A DNA stretch of 61,563 bases, from the NCBI GenBank assembly GCA_012518355.1, contig JAAYSP010000175.1, forward strand, positions 1-61,563. Reading direction: 5' to 3'. Source of the DNA: a candidate division WS1 bacterium (GTDB lineage Bacteria > Armatimonadota > Zipacnadia > Zipacnadales > UBA11051). Below are positions 1 through 10,289 of the stretch, piece by piece (position 1 is the stretch's first letter; the number at the start of each line of letters is the position of its first letter). The translations under genes were made by a program, and so were the position numbers. The notes beneath the pieces were generated by a model that saw only the letters and a program-made list of their open reading frames with translations, ran no database searches and was not told where the DNA came from.

Positions 1-324
1 CGCCGGACTGACGCTTTCGTTTTTGTAGTAGATGCGTGCGGGAGTGCCGAGCTCTTCCTCCAGCGCAAATGCACGGTGTAGCGGCGACGGACGCCATAGC
101 TTGTATATCCGCAGCACTTCATCGGGTATGTCCACCCACCGCTCCATACCCATTTCCTGCTCGATGAGTGACATCGGGAAGAGTGGCAGGAGGTCTTCCG
201 GAACTAGTGGTTCACCGGTAGCCGGGTTGAGCGGGGGCATGAGCGGTGCGGGTAAATCCGGCTGGATGTTGTACCATGCTTGGGGCATTTCACTCTCAGA
301 GAGGAAAATCTTTGTATCAGCCAT
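1..324 (-). CDS. trpB: TrpB-like PLP-dependent enzyme (tryptophan synthase beta, TrpB2 type), N-terminal 108 codons, continues beyond window start
   Basis: Own minus-strand translation from ATG at 322-324, with GGAGG about 9 nt upstream: [34 protein letters not shown]...[48 protein letters not shown]. This fits the TrpB2 N-terminal signature (WYNI-PDLP, RP-PL-RA, TPARIY-K-E). It is absent from the ORF track because there is no stop inside the window. The + ORF 32..361 is its shadow. Confidence 0.8.
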   Translation of the reverse strand, partial: MADTKIFLSESEMPQAWYNIQPDLPAPLMPPLNPATGEPLVPEDLLPLFPMSLIEQEMGMERWVDIPDEVLRIYKLWRPSPLHRAFALEEELGTPARIYYKNESVSPA

Positions 325-755
325 CTACCATTACCTCCTCGGCTTTCATGCGTCACCGTAGCGTGGCCGCTCTCACATCGGCAGCCTGATCCGTCTTGGT
401 CTGCCTGCTGGACACCTCCACAGACGCCGTCGGGGCTGATGTGACGGCGGGCGACGGATCCGGGATGGACCAGCTTGATGTGTCCTGGAGCGGTTGCTGC
501 TCAAATAGTACGCAACTGTGTGTTGCTCTGTCAACTAACCTGTGGCAGGGCACAACAGCCAGATATGACATGGTGCGAAAAAATCCTCCATAACTGACAG
601 GTGTCGGGCAGTGGAGTGAAGAAACATATGCTGAAAATCACAAGACAGGGTGCGTTATGCAGGTGCCGGAAGTCAGGTTGGGAAGGCGAGTGCAGGGCAC
701 AGCCGCGATTGGTATGTAGCACCCGACTACTGTGTGCATGAAGGACGGAGTATCT

Positions 756-3700
756 ATGACGAACCTCACGACATTGACGTTACTACTCATTTGCCTGACT
801 GCAAGCTGTGCAGTCGGTCAGACGCCGGCGATCGAGCAGCTTCGCGATCTGAGTCTGGAGACAGCGTTTGCTGAGGGAGGTACCAGCCAGTGCATCATCG
901 CGGTGCCTGAGCAGGACAGCTACAGTTCGATGGCCGATCATCTGGCTACTGGAGTTGCGGCAGTTTCGGGTGCAAAACCTGCAGTCATGGCCGTCAGCGA
1001 CATCACTGACGAGATGATGCAGGCCAATCATGTCATAGCGTTGGGTGTGTTTGCCAACAACTCTGTCGTCGAAAAGCTGTACGACAGGCTTCTGGTCAGC
1101 TGCGACTGGTCCTGGCCCGAGGGTGATGACAGCTATGTCATACGCACGGTACACAACCCCTGGCAGACTGGACGGAACGTGATCTATTTGGGTAGCGTCA
1201 CCGCTGCCGGCTGTGAGGCAGCAGTCGGCCGGTTTGTCGAGATCCTGACGGAAAATCCGGATGGCACCATCGGCCCAATCATCGAGGTAAGCAGTGCTCC
1301 GGCAGCGCTTACAGACGATGAGATGCAGGAGCATCTGGGCAGAATTGACGCCGAGACATCCTCCCGCACCATGGACGGGCACGTGGCGCAGTTCGCAGAG
1401 AACTACTTCCGGACAGGAGATCCGGCGTGGGCCCGTATTTTCCTGGACGGCGTGCGCAAGATGATCGCACTTCACGTAGAAGAGGGCGATGCCTCTGACA
1501 TGCGCAATTGCCGCTACATCTTCCCCCAGTTCGAGCGGATTGAGTATGGGCCTGATTTCACCGATCAGGAGCGCCTGGAGTTGGTGAACCTGTTCCTTCG
1601 TCTGGCTGACATGATGCCTCTATCGAAACAGGAGCTCAAGCCCAATCCAATTCCTCATGGCAACAGTTGGAACGGCCATGCAGCCGGTTATGCGGGCATC
1701 TACCTGACACGGTACTATCCTGACATAGCGATCGGTCAGCGCTTGCTGCAGAATATAGATGTCTACAACGAACCGAACATGATCTACTGGAAAGTCAACG
1801 AAGACTGCCCGGGCTATGGCAACATCACCTTGACGGGCAACTACGAGTGGGCCCTGGCACGACCCGTCCAGAGCTACTTTGATGGGGGCAACCTGGGCAA
1901 GATGTGTGAGTGGTACATGCTTATCAGCGACAACAGTGGTCGCGCCTCCGGCATCGGTGATGCCAGCGGGCTGGGTGGCCCGATCGGTGTCAACGCATAC
2001 ATGCTTGCAGGCTGGAAGTATCGCGACGGGCGATACCTGTGGTGGTGGGACAGGCATTTCAGCACCCCCGGCCGGTACTGGGTGCCCGAGGAGATCATCC
2101 CGCGGGTGCAGCCCGACAACATGCTTGGCGTCGCCACGGTGCCTGTGGATGAGTGGATTTACAATCAACATCAGCCGCACAAGTTCCCTATCGAGAAGGG
2201 CTACGACAAGGTATCCTTCCGCAGTGGCTTTGAGAAGTCGGATCAGTACCTGTGCATGAGCGGCTATAGCCATGGCTTCCACGCCCATGCCGACGCCAAC
2301 GCCATCGTCCGCTATGCCGACCACGAACAAGTTCGGCTTTATGATGACGGCTACATGATCCCGGCGCTGAGCGAACACAACACGGTGACGATCCTCAAGG
2401 ACGGCTGGGCGGCCACCACTCCAGAGCTTTCAGAGGTGATGGCTGAGGCGGACTTCGACAGCGTCGGCATGTTCACCTCACGCCTTGACGACTACAACGG
2501 CATCTGCTGGGACCGTACCATCATCTGGCCGAAGGGGCGCTTTTTCCTGGTGGTAGATGATTTGATCGCGCTTGAGCCGGCCCAATACGGGTTCCAGTGC
2601 ATCTGGCGAACCCTGGGCAGTGCCAGCCTCAACGGTTGCCGCTGGACCTCGGAAAAAGAGGGCGGCCGCATGAATCTGGTATGCGCCTCCGATGCCGTGT
2701 TGGCCGAAAAAGAGTCGGCAGGGCTCACGCTCAATTCGCCACCCTTCCCCATGTCGGAAGCGCGAGCTTTGGTGCAGGCTGCAGCTCCGGACATGGCTGC
2801 TGGCGATAGCCATCAATTTGCCAACGTGCTCTACACTACCGGCGTTGGCGATGGCAGCACTCAGGTGGACTGCTACCGCGTGGGTGACAGCACGACCTAC
2901 ATCATCAGCGACAACGGTCAGCCGATCGCTGCCGGCATCAATCGCTCGACGGCTGTTTCGGGAGTGCTGGTGGAGGGCGATACCTTCTACCTGACACCCA
3001 CAGAATTGGCCGTAGCAGGCGCGCGTCGGGTCCGCATTGACGGGCGACAGGTGCGCAGTAACCTACCGGTCAACCTGAACGTGGATCTGGACACCGGCAA
3101 GGCGTTGCTAGAGTGCGCCGAACAAGTGGAGATAACACACGCCACAATCGAGGGCGATACTACCGTCACTCTCCAGGCTGGCCGCCATGAGCTGCAGTTG
3201 CCTCCTGCCAGCCTTACCCGCATACCCGCGCTCGAGCAGCGGTTGAGCAGTCTGTTCCGCGACTGCGCACTGGCTGCAGCCGCCGCTGCGAGCGAACAGG
3301 CGGCTGTGGGGACCGGTGAAAAGCTGGCTGAGCTGTGGCAATACCGCAACTTCGCAGTGTACACGAACTTCGCTTTGCAACCGGACGTGACATGCGCTGC
3401 CGACCAGGTCCCCCTGACGCCTGAAGAAGCAGACTACCCGGTCGGGAAGCTGCAGGACCTGCTAAGACCAAACGGCAACGTCATGTTCCCTGAGGGCCAG
3501 ACAGTCACACTCGACATCGCTTTGCCGCAACCTGCTGACATCGCTCAGGTCGCGGTAAACTCAAGGCAACTGCCCACCTTCCGAGGTGGGCCGGGCTGTG
3601 GATTGAGCAAGTTCACCGTGTGGGCGAGCAACGATGGCTTCAGCAAGGACCGGCGCCTGCTGAGCGAATTCGTGAACCCGTCGGATAAGCTGGAAGGCGA

Positions 3701-4943
3701 CATGGTGCCCTATGCGGTCGAAGACCGGCAGACCGTGACTGCACGCCAGGTGCGCATAGAACTGGTGCCATTCAGTGAGGAGCATAAGGTATACATCGAT
3801 TCGGTGGAGGTCAACGGCACAGCCGGTTTTGACATGCTGATGGCCAGCGGTTTCCACGTGTCCGCTCTCCAGACCGCTGATGTGAACGGTGATGGTCGGG
3901 ACGAGATATTCGCAGCAGGCACCGACAGAGCTATCCACGCTGTGGCTGCCGACGGTTCAGGGCTGTGGCAGTACCCTGTGCCGAATGCGGTCAACGACCT
4001 GGCAGTTTTTGATGGCACCGGTCATGGCGATTACCAGATCGTGGCCGCCTGTGAGGACACCTACATGTACTCGGTCAAGCCTGATGGTACCGAGAATTTC
4101 ACCGTCCAGCCGCCGCCTCGTACCTATGAACGCCCGGGCTATCGCGGTGTATTGCCGTTTGTCAGCCGCCTGACCGTGGCATTCGGTGCTGACATCACCG
4201 GCGATGGGAACACCGAGATCATCATCGGCTCAGCAAACTGGCGCACGTATGTCTACAACTACCTGGGCGAGCTACTGTGGGATGAGGTGTGCTGGGCCCA
4301 CACCCCCACCTGTGGCGACGCCTTCGACCTGACCGGTGACGGGGCCAAAGAGGTAGTGATGGGCAACAGTTACGACAGAGCAGTGGTCTACTCATCTGAT
4401 GGCAACGTGATCGGTTCCGGTGGCGGCAGCGTACATGCTGGCCCCACTGCACTGAGGTGCGCAGACCTCGATGGCAACGGCAAAGGTGAGATAGTGGTCG
4501 GCGATCGGGCAGGCAAGATTTGGTTCCAGGAATGGAAGGGCCGCGACTTGCCCCGTCACGATACCGGCATGGACATCACCGCCCTGGAGGTCGCTGACCT
4601 GGATGGTGATGGCAAGCTCGAGACCGTTGCGGCGTCGAAAAACTACATACTGTACTTTTTTGACTCGGACGGTCAGCCGCTGCGCCAGGTGAACCTGCTC
4701 ACCGTAGTCCGCGACCTGGTGATAGCTGATCTTACCGGCGACGGTGTGCCGGAGATAGTTGCCGCCTGTGAAGATGGCACAGTGAAGGTGCTTGACGTTG
4801 AAGGCCAGATCATCGCCTGGTTCAAGGGTGGAGGCTGGATGCGGCATGTGGAAGTGGTGGAGCTTGACGGCAATCCTGCCACTCGCGAAATAGTCGCCAC
4901 ATGCGACGATGGCAGCATATACGCGCTGCAGTTCACCCCGTAA
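756..4943 (+). CDS. Large secreted multidomain protein: heparinase II/III-like region + discoidin (F5/8 type C)-like module + C-terminal FG-GAP/VCBS repeats
   Basis: ORF 732..4943. Likely start is Met9 (756), giving the signal peptide MTNLTTLTLLLICLTASCAVGQ. Heparinase II/III-type motifs: HGNSWNGHAAGYAG and SGYSHGFHAHADANAIV...SEHNTVTI. Repeated DxNGDGxxEI / DLDGDGKLE / DLTGDGVPEIV motifs, typical of FG-GAP, fill the last ~400 aa. Confidence 0.8.
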   Translation: MTNLTTLTLLLICLTASCAVGQTPAIEQLRDLSLETAFAEGGTSQCIIAVPEQDSYSSMADHLATGVAAVSGAKPAVMAVSDITDEMMQANHVIALGVFANNSVVEKLYDRLLVSCDWSWPEGDDSYVIRTVHNPWQTGRNVIYLGSVTAAGCEAAVGRFVEILTENPDGTIGPIIEVSSAPAALTDDEMQEHLGRIDAETSSRTMDGHVAQFAENYFRTGDPAWARIFLDGVRKMIALHVEEGDASDMRNCRYIFPQFERIEYGPDFTDQERLELVNLFLRLADMMPLSKQELKPNPIPHGNSWNGHAAGYAGIYLTRYYPDIAIGQRLLQNIDVYNEPNMIYWKVNEDCPGYGNITLTGNYEWALARPVQSYFDGGNLGKMCEWYMLISDNSGRASGIGDASGLGGPIGVNAYMLAGWKYRDGRYLWWWDRHFSTPGRYWVPEEIIPRVQPDNMLGVATVPVDEWIYNQHQPHKFPIEKGYDKVSFRSGFEKSDQYLCMSGYSHGFHAHADANAIVRYADHEQVRLYDDGYMIPALSEHNTVTILKDGWAATTPELSEVMAEADFDSVGMFTSRLDDYNGICWDRTIIWPKGRFFLVVDDLIALEPAQYGFQCIWRTLGSASLNGCRWTSEKEGGRMNLVCASDAVLAEKESAGLTLNSPPFPMSEARALVQAAAPDMAAGDSHQFANVLYTTGVGDGSTQVDCYRVGDSTTYIISDNGQPIAAGINRSTAVSGVLVEGDTFYLTPTELAVAGARRVRIDGRQVRSNLPVNLNVDLDTGKALLECAEQVEITHATIEGDTTVTLQAGRHELQLPPASLTRIPALEQRLSSLFRDCALAAAAAASEQAAVGTGEKLAELWQYRNFAVYTNFALQPDVTCAADQVPLTPEEADYPVGKLQDLLRPNGNVMFPEGQTVTLDIALPQPADIAQVAVNSRQLPTFRGGPGCGLSKFTVWASNDGFSKDRRLLSEFVNPSDKLEGDMVPYAVEDRQTVTARQVRIELVPFSEEHKVYIDSVEVNGTAGFDMLMASGFHVSALQTADVNGDGRDEIFAAGTDRAIHAVAADGSGLWQYPVPNAVNDLAVFDGTGHGDYQIVAACEDTYMYSVKPDGTENFTVQPPPRTYERPGYRGVLPFVSRLTVAFGADITGDGNTEIIIGSANWRTYVYNYLGELLWDEVCWAHTPTCGDAFDLTGDGAKEVVMGNSYDRAVVYSSDGNVIGSGGGSVHAGPTALRCADLDGNGKGEIVVGDRAGKIWFQEWKGRDLPRHDTGMDITALEVADLDGDGKLETVAASKNYILYFFDSDGQPLRQVNLLTVVRDLVIADLTGDGVPEIVAACEDGTVKVLDVEGQIIAWFKGGGWMRHVEVVELDGNPATREIVATCDDGSIYALQFTP

Positions 4944-4996
4944 GTGAAGCTGTAGTATAGATATAGGCCACGCAAGTCGTGGCGTAGAGATAGACA

Positions 4997-5038
4997 GGCA
5001 GGCCGGTCGCTCCCGAGACACTGGGGAACCGGCCTGCC
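4997..5038. terminator. Hairpin between convergent genes (putative bidirectional terminator)
   Basis: GGCAGGCCGGT (4997-5007) pairs perfectly with ACCGGCCTGCC (5028-5038). The loop is 20 nt, followed by GCTGTATTTGTGG. It lies between the stops at 4943 (+) and 5122 (-). Confidence 0.55.
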
Positions 5039-5121
5039 GCTGTATTTGTGGACTGTTCTGTGGAGCGTGTTCGGGGGGGACTGCTGGGAAGTTCTCACAA
5101 ATCGGGCCTGATGTGCGTCAC

Positions 5122-7299
5122 CTAGCCTACTATCAGGTTATCCGGCGTCTTGTCATAGGCCTGTTTGAGCATCTGAAATGCTGGAGTGTCGCTCATCTCA
5201 TACACCTGGCCCCGGCTGTTGAGCGGGCGGATGATCTCTAGCGGCGTCGGTGCCAGCGCTGCGCAGAGTTGTGGCAGGTCATAGTGCAGGAGGCTGCCGC
5301 GTGCGATGTCGGCCATGTGAGGGAGCAGGTACTCGCCGTCGCGCAGAGTGAGCTCATAGGCCCACAGTGTATCCAGCAATCGTACCTGCGCCACTGCACC
5401 GTCGAGCACCGCTGCATGGAGTGCCCAGATGCCTGCGCGGCCTTGCCCCTCCAGCAGCACAGACTTGCAGTTGTACTCGCGCCGGAGAAGCGCGAGCGCA
5501 CCGAGGATATCGGCCACTCGCAGCTTCAGCAGCGAAAAGCCCATGATCTTCGCATAGTATGAGGCAAATGCCTCTCTACCAAGCAGCCGGGCGCGGCTAC
5601 TCCCGTGCTGCTCGAAGTTCTGCAGTCCGTGTGCTCTCACGTCGAAAATCCCTGTCCCGCAGGCCGTCAGCAGTGCATGGGGATGGTCAGCATGTGCCGC
5701 AGCTTGCGCAAATGCGCTGTAGTCCGGTTCTTCCTGCACCAGCAGGCGTACTACTGTCTGGGCACCGGATGTCGCTGCGTTCACAAACAGCGCGGCCACA
5801 GGGCCGTCTTCTGCCGCCAGAAGATGATAGTCAGTACCGCTCACTGGTTCGATGTCGGCCAGGCGCGGGTCGAAACGCTCCGAGTACTCTAACTGCACAG
5901 GCAGGCGTAGTCCCAGTGTCTCTGCCACCGTATTTCGGAGTTGATCAGCAGTTGGGGCTGGCGCCTGATTGGGGTTAGCCTCTTCGAAGCTCTCGAGGTT
6001 GACCTGGTACACTCTCCGGCTGTTGGTGCCAGTCACAACCTGACCGGTTTCAGTGCAGTACAGCTCTCCATCGGGGCGTACAAATGGGGTGGGGTCAGCT
6101 TCTGAGGGAGGCAGGTCGAAATGCAGCCCAAACCACTCCACTGCTGCTCTGCGCATGTGGTCGCTGTAGCCATGCCCTCCCGGTCCGACGAACAGGTCAA
6201 AGCGATCGTTTGCGCCCAACAGGCGATACACCTGGCGACAGAACTCGGCGGTCGCCTGCGCGCCATGAAGAGGGAAGAAGTCCTCCTCAGCGGCTCCAAT
6301 CCGGAGCGCTCGCGGGGCCGTCATCGCCGCCATCTCATGGTGATCCATCCCGAAGGCAAGCTGAGCGTGGATGTTCTGCTCCCCGTCTGCGATCTGATCT
6401 GTCTCTTGCCGGGCCTGCAGTGTGGTGATGTAGCAAACCGGCATGGCGACCTTGATGCGCTCATCGAGAGCCATCAGATAGGTGGTCAGAGTGCCGCCAC
6501 CGGAGCAGCCGGTGCAGCCGAGCCGTTCCGCGTCAACATCCGGCCGCGATTGCAGGTAGTCCAGACATCGTATACCATCGTAGATGCGATAGCCCGCGAT
6601 GCTGCTGCCGAGAAGATGACACTGATTGTCCATCTGGCTATGCTCGAGGGTGCATGCGCCGACCGTTGAGGTGCCCAGTTGCTCGTCATAGTACTGAACC
6701 CGTTCGCCCTGGCCGACAGGATCGTATATCAAGGCGACCATACCACTGAGTGCGAGCGATATCGCTACTTTCTGGTATGGCTCAGCCGCCTTTCCGTTGG
6801 CCGAGTGGCCACAGGGGATGAGCACGGCGGGTGCCGGTCCGTCGAGGTCCTGTGGCACATACAGATTGGCAGTGACCAGGAAATCAGGGCGACTTTCGAT
6901 TAGTAGCTTTTCGATACTGAAACCGTCGGCTTCCGCAGTGCCGGTCAGCTTCGGGTTGAGAGGCGTACGTTCAGGCAAGCCTCCTATCGCATCCGTGAAA
7001 AATTCGTGCAACTGGACGCGACGATCGCACCACTGGTCGGCGGTGGAGGTCTGCATGCGCCGTTGACGGTTCCCCTGGTACAGCGCATCGGCGAGACGGG
7101 ATAGATACTCAGGAAGACTACGGGTGAAATCAGCTTTGGTCAGGAAGTGTTGTTTTATGGTGTACCATCTCCTGTTTCGTGTGTTCCCAAAAGCTGAAGA
7201 CGACTTCTCCATACACAGGACGTCATAGAACAGTTTTTCACGTACTTTTTCGCAGTTGCGCAGAAATCGGCCGCTAACGCGGCATAGCAGAAAAGACAT
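5122..7299 (-). CDS. Alpha/beta hydrolase (acetyl-xylan-esterase / dienelactone-hydrolase-like) with extra C-terminal domain
   Basis: ORF 725 aa. Nucleophile elbow LGCTGCSGGG sits in a typical alpha/beta-hydrolase context (VLIPCGHSANGK...IYDPVGQGER). The start is uncertain: 7299 overlaps the tsaD 3' end by 26 nt, and ATG 7212 (MEKSSS) is the alternative. Confidence 0.7.
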   Translation of the reverse strand: MSFLLCRVSGRFLRNCEKVREKLFYDVLCMEKSSSAFGNTRNRRWYTIKQHFLTKADFTRSLPEYLSRLADALYQGNRQRRMQTSTADQWCDRRVQLHEFFTDAIGGLPERTPLNPKLTGTAEADGFSIEKLLIESRPDFLVTANLYVPQDLDGPAPAVLIPCGHSANGKAAEPYQKVAISLALSGMVALIYDPVGQGERVQYYDEQLGTSTVGACTLEHSQMDNQCHLLGSSIAGYRIYDGIRCLDYLQSRPDVDAERLGCTGCSGGGTLTTYLMALDERIKVAMPVCYITTLQARQETDQIADGEQNIHAQLAFGMDHHEMAAMTAPRALRIGAAEEDFFPLHGAQATAEFCRQVYRLLGANDRFDLFVGPGGHGYSDHMRRAAVEWFGLHFDLPPSEADPTPFVRPDGELYCTETGQVVTGTNSRRVYQVNLESFEEANPNQAPAPTADQLRNTVAETLGLRLPVQLEYSERFDPRLADIEPVSGTDYHLLAAEDGPVAALFVNAATSGAQTVVRLLVQEEPDYSAFAQAAAHADHPHALLTACGTGIFDVRAHGLQNFEQHGSSRARLLGREAFASYYAKIMGFSLLKLRVADILGALALLRREYNCKSVLLEGQGRAGIWALHAAVLDGAVAQVRLLDTLWAYELTLRDGEYLLPHMADIARGSLLHYDLPQLCAALAPTPLEIIRPLNSRGQVYEMSDTPAFQMLKQAYDKTPDNLIVG

Positions 7300-8338
7300 C
7301 GAGGTTCAGGTTGTCCGGCTCACGGGTCCGAAGCATATGGTAGCCGGCTATGGCGACCATGACAGCGTTGTCGGTGCACAGTTCGAGCGGTGGACAGTGG
7401 AAAGCAACGCCCGCAAGCTTGCACTGGTGTGACAGTCTCTCACGTAGCAATTGGTTTGCGGCAACTCCCCCAGAGATTGCCAGCCGAGCAACCCCCGTCT
7501 GTTTAACTGCCTCCATGCTGTTGCGCACCAGCGTGTCTACCGCTGCAGCCTGAAAAGCCGCAGCCAGATCAGCCACCGTCTGTCGGTCCAGATGCTTCGC
7601 AGAAGGGCGACCTTGCTTCTGGGGCGATAGCTGCTGGACCTGACGGATGAGAGCGGTCTTCAGGCCGCTGAAGCTGAAGTCGAGAGTGTCAGCCACCTGT
7701 GGACGCGGGAAGGCGAACGCTGCCGGATCTCCCAGTTCTGCGGCTTGCGACACAGCGGGACCGCCTGGATAGCCCAAATCCAGCACTCGTGCAGCCTTGT
7801 CGAAAGCTTCACCGGCTGCATCATCGCGTGTCATGCCCAGTAGCTCGTATTGTGTGGGCTGGCGCAGCAACATGAGGTCAGTGTGTCCGCCCGACACAAC
7901 CAGACATATAGCAGGCAGGTCTGCCTCATGCAGCGGGATATCACAGACGTCTGCGAAGTTAGCAGATACGTGCGCCTGGAGGTGGTTGACGCCCACCAGA
8001 GGCAGGCCGGTGGCTGCATGATAGGCCTTGGCAGAGCTTACGCCGACCAGCAGAGATCCTATCAGGCCCGGGCCGTTGGTGACAGCGATGCCTCCCAGGT
8101 CGCTCCAGGTGGAGCTGGCCTCCTGCAGAGCCTGTTCAGTCACGCTGACCAGTATCTCGGTATGCTGTCTTGAGGCGATTTCGGGCACCACACCCCCGAA
8201 CAGTGCATGTATCTGTTCCTGGGAAGCGATGACCGAACTGACCACCCGCCGCCCACCGGCTACCACTGCCACTGCGGTCTCATCGCAGGATGTCTCTATG
8301 CCCAGGATCGGCTTCTCAGATGCAGATGTGCAAGTCAT
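7274..8338 (-). CDS. tsaD: tRNA N6-adenosine threonylcarbamoyltransferase TsaD (Kae1/Gcp)
   Basis: ILGIETSCDETAVAVV N-terminus, HxxAH-type motif (VNHLQAHV), SGGHT, GGVAAN. The length of 354 aa is typical. Confidence 0.95.
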   Translation of the reverse strand: MTCTSASEKPILGIETSCDETAVAVVAGGRRVVSSVIASQEQIHALFGGVVPEIASRQHTEILVSVTEQALQEASSTWSDLGGIAVTNGPGLIGSLLVGVSSAKAYHAATGLPLVGVNHLQAHVSANFADVCDIPLHEADLPAICLVVSGGHTDLMLLRQPTQYELLGMTRDDAAGEAFDKAARVLDLGYPGGPAVSQAAELGDPAAFAFPRPQVADTLDFSFSGLKTALIRQVQQLSPQKQGRPSAKHLDRQTVADLAAAFQAAAVDTLVRNSMEAVKQTGVARLAISGGVAANQLLRERLSHQCKLAGVAFHCPPLELCTDNAVMVAIAGYHMLRTREPDNLNLDVFSAMPR

Positions 8339-8891
8339 ACCTGTGGCGTCTTCTCCAGTCCTCTGTCAGGTCAGCCAGTGCTTGCTGTCGGTGCGGCTCC
8401 TGCAAGTCCGCCAGGTTGCTGATGATGGCGTCTTCGCCAGTGTCAGGGTAGTATCTTTTGCGCAGTCCAGCTCGCACGAAACCCAGTTTGTGATACAGCC
8501 GCCCTGCTGACTGGTTGCTCGTACGGTACTCCAGAGTGACATAGTGTGCGCCCCGCAATACGACCAAGTCAATCAGAGCCAGCAGCAGCAGCTCACCCAG
8601 CCCCGTGCGGCGGCACTCGGGAGCAATCGCCACTGTCACGACATGTACCTCTCCGGCGACACAGTGCGCACCGACATAACCGACGAGCCGTTCGTCCAAC
8701 TCGACGACCAGGTACACCTTCTGTTCACCAAGCTGTGAAAGATCTTCCCACATGGCCTGCTCTGGCCACGGAGTCGGGAAACACAACTTCTCGATGCGCA
8801 TGATGTCCCAAAAGTCATCTACTGTGGCACTGCGTACAAGTACATGCGGTGCCCCGATTTGCTCAGCATCACTGATCATCAGACGCTCCAT
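8316..8891 (-). CDS. rimI: Ribosomal-protein-alanine N-acetyltransferase RimI (GNAT)
   Basis: VRSATVDDFWDIMRIEKLCFPTPWPEQAMWEDL...VAIAPECRRTGLGELLL...EYRTSNQSAGRLYHKLGF. The gene sits between tsaB and tsaD as in many bacteria. The ORF extends to GTG 9053, but I prefer ATG 8891 (MERLMISD). The start is uncertain. Confidence 0.85.
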   Translation of the reverse strand: MERLMISDAEQIGAPHVLVRSATVDDFWDIMRIEKLCFPTPWPEQAMWEDLSQLGEQKVYLVVELDERLVGYVGAHCVAGEVHVVTVAIAPECRRTGLGELLLLALIDLVVLRGAHYVTLEYRTSNQSAGRLYHKLGFVRAGLRKRYYPDTGEDAIISNLADLQEPHRQQALADLTEDWRRRHRYDLHICI

Positions 8892-8972
8892 GTCCCCAGA
8901 TACTCGGCGACATCCGATACTCCCTGCTCTCAGGCGCTCCGTGTCCTCAGATACTCTGTGTCCCCGGATACC
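8871..8972. repeat. 51-bp x2 imperfect tandem duplication spanning the likely rimI start
   Basis: In the minus-strand reading, unit 1 encodes GIRGHRVSEDTERLRAG and unit 2 encodes SIGCRRVSGDMERLMIS. The shared DNA core is AGTATCTG(A/G)GGACA(C/T)GGAGCG(C/T)CTGA. Confidence 0.6.
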
Positions 8973-9093
8973 CTGTATCTCCAGACGCTGGGGGCCATCG
9001 ATGCCAGGTGCCCTCATACTTCGTGGCATCAGATGGTGCGCGTTGACTTGCACCGGTTACTATTGACTGCGACGAATTCGCACCTGGCACCTG

Positions 9094-9765
9094 TCAATCT
9101 ATCTCGATGCCGTGGATGCGTTCAGCCTGGGAGGCCAGCAGGTACTGTGGTCTTAGTGCGGCAAGCTGTGCGAAGCTGTACTTAGGAGGCCAGTCTGCCA
9201 GTCGCAACACCACAGCGGCTCTTGGCACATCATATGGTGCGCCTACGGTGTTCAGGCCGTTCAGCCTATGGTCGGTTTGGGCTGCCTCGGTAAGTCCATC
9301 CCCAACGGCTATACGGGCTCCGTTCACGTAGTCGTAGACCTGTTCGAAAGCCAGTAGCTGCACGGGCTGCAGCTCACCGACCCCATCGGGCTCCACCCGA
9401 TACAGTCCGGCATAGACATGACCACGGCGTGCTTTCTGTATCACTGCAACGCGGTTGGCCAGCGGGCCGCAACCGGCAGCCAGCACATGCTGGGTTGGCA
9501 CTCCTACTACCGACACACCCAGAGCGTGCCCCAGCGCCTTTGCCGTGCTGACACCGATGCGCAGGCCTGTGAAGCTGCCAGGGCCGCATGATACAGCAAT
9601 TCCATCGAGGTTCCAGTCACTCTCGAGCAGTTTTGTGATGCGGGGGGTGAGCTGATCGCACAACACCAGATGGCTGTAGAAAACATCCTCCGCATGGAGG
9701 CGGCCATCACAAAACAGTGCTATACTACTTGTGTTGTCTGACGTCTCTATTCCCAGCAGTCGCAT
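9094..9765 (-). CDS. tsaB: tRNA threonylcarbamoyladenosine biosynthesis protein TsaB (YeaZ)
   Basis: [17 protein letters not shown]...GPGSFTGLRIGVSTAKALG. It overlaps the tsaE stop by 19 nt. Confidence 0.9.
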   Translation of the reverse strand: MRLLGIETSDNTSSIALFCDGRLHAEDVFYSHLVLCDQLTPRITKLLESDWNLDGIAVSCGPGSFTGLRIGVSTAKALGHALGVSVVGVPTQHVLAAGCGPLANRVAVIQKARRGHVYAGLYRVEPDGVGELQPVQLLAFEQVYDYVNGARIAVGDGLTEAAQTDHRLNGLNTVGAPYDVPRAAVVLRLADWPPKYSFAQLAALRPQYLLASQAERIHGIEID

Positions 9766-10289
9766 CGTTTCAGCACTTCCAGCATCTCTTGGTGTCGGCC
9801 AGTGTGGGCCGTGAAGATGATGCGCCGTCCATCACCCTCATAACCCAGATCGATTCGCAGGGCATCAGATGGTAGCACGTCCTCCACCAATTCCGCCCAC
9901 TCGATGGCAACCACACCGTGTTCCAGCCACTCATCGAGGCCGGCCTCCTCCAGTTCAGCGGGGCTGCCCAGTCGGTAGGCATCGGCGTGGTACAGATATA
10001 TCGGCCCGGGGTGGCAACGCATGACGACAAACGAGGGGCTGGCCACTCGCCCTTCCACGCCCATCCCCTCGGCAAGGCCGGTGACGAAGTTGGTCTTGCC
10101 CGCCCCTAGAGGGCCGCATAGTGCCAGACAGTCTCCGGGTTGCACCAGCGCACCGATACATTTGCCCAGCAGCACTGTATGTTCAGTGCAATCGGTGACT
10201 ACAGCCCATGAATCTTCGGTGTTGATTTTCGCATCGTCTGTATACATGGATTGCTCTTTCTCTGTCGCCACGGTTTTCACCTGCAGCAC
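9747..10289 (-). CDS. tsaE: tRNA threonylcarbamoyladenosine biosynthesis ATPase TsaE (YjeE)
   Basis: Walker [22 protein letters not shown], then SPSFVVM...LYHADAYRL. The start could be the internal Met at 10247. Confidence 0.9.
   Translation of the reverse strand: MLQVKTVATEKEQSMYTDDAKINTEDSWAVVTDCTEHTVLLGKCIGALVQPGDCLALCGPLGAGKTNFVTGLAEGMGVEGRVASPSFVVMRCHPGPIYLYHADAYRLGSPAELEEAGLDEWLEHGVVAIEWAELVEDVLPSDALRIDLGYEGDGRRIIFTAHTGRHQEMLEVLKRCDCWE

Noticed and set aside
32-361. 109-aa + strand ORF at the window start
   Set aside because: It is the shadow of the minus-strand TrpB2-type gene. That gene has a strong family match and a GGAGG RBS, whereas the + ORF is Ser/Gly/Arg-rich low-complexity sequence.
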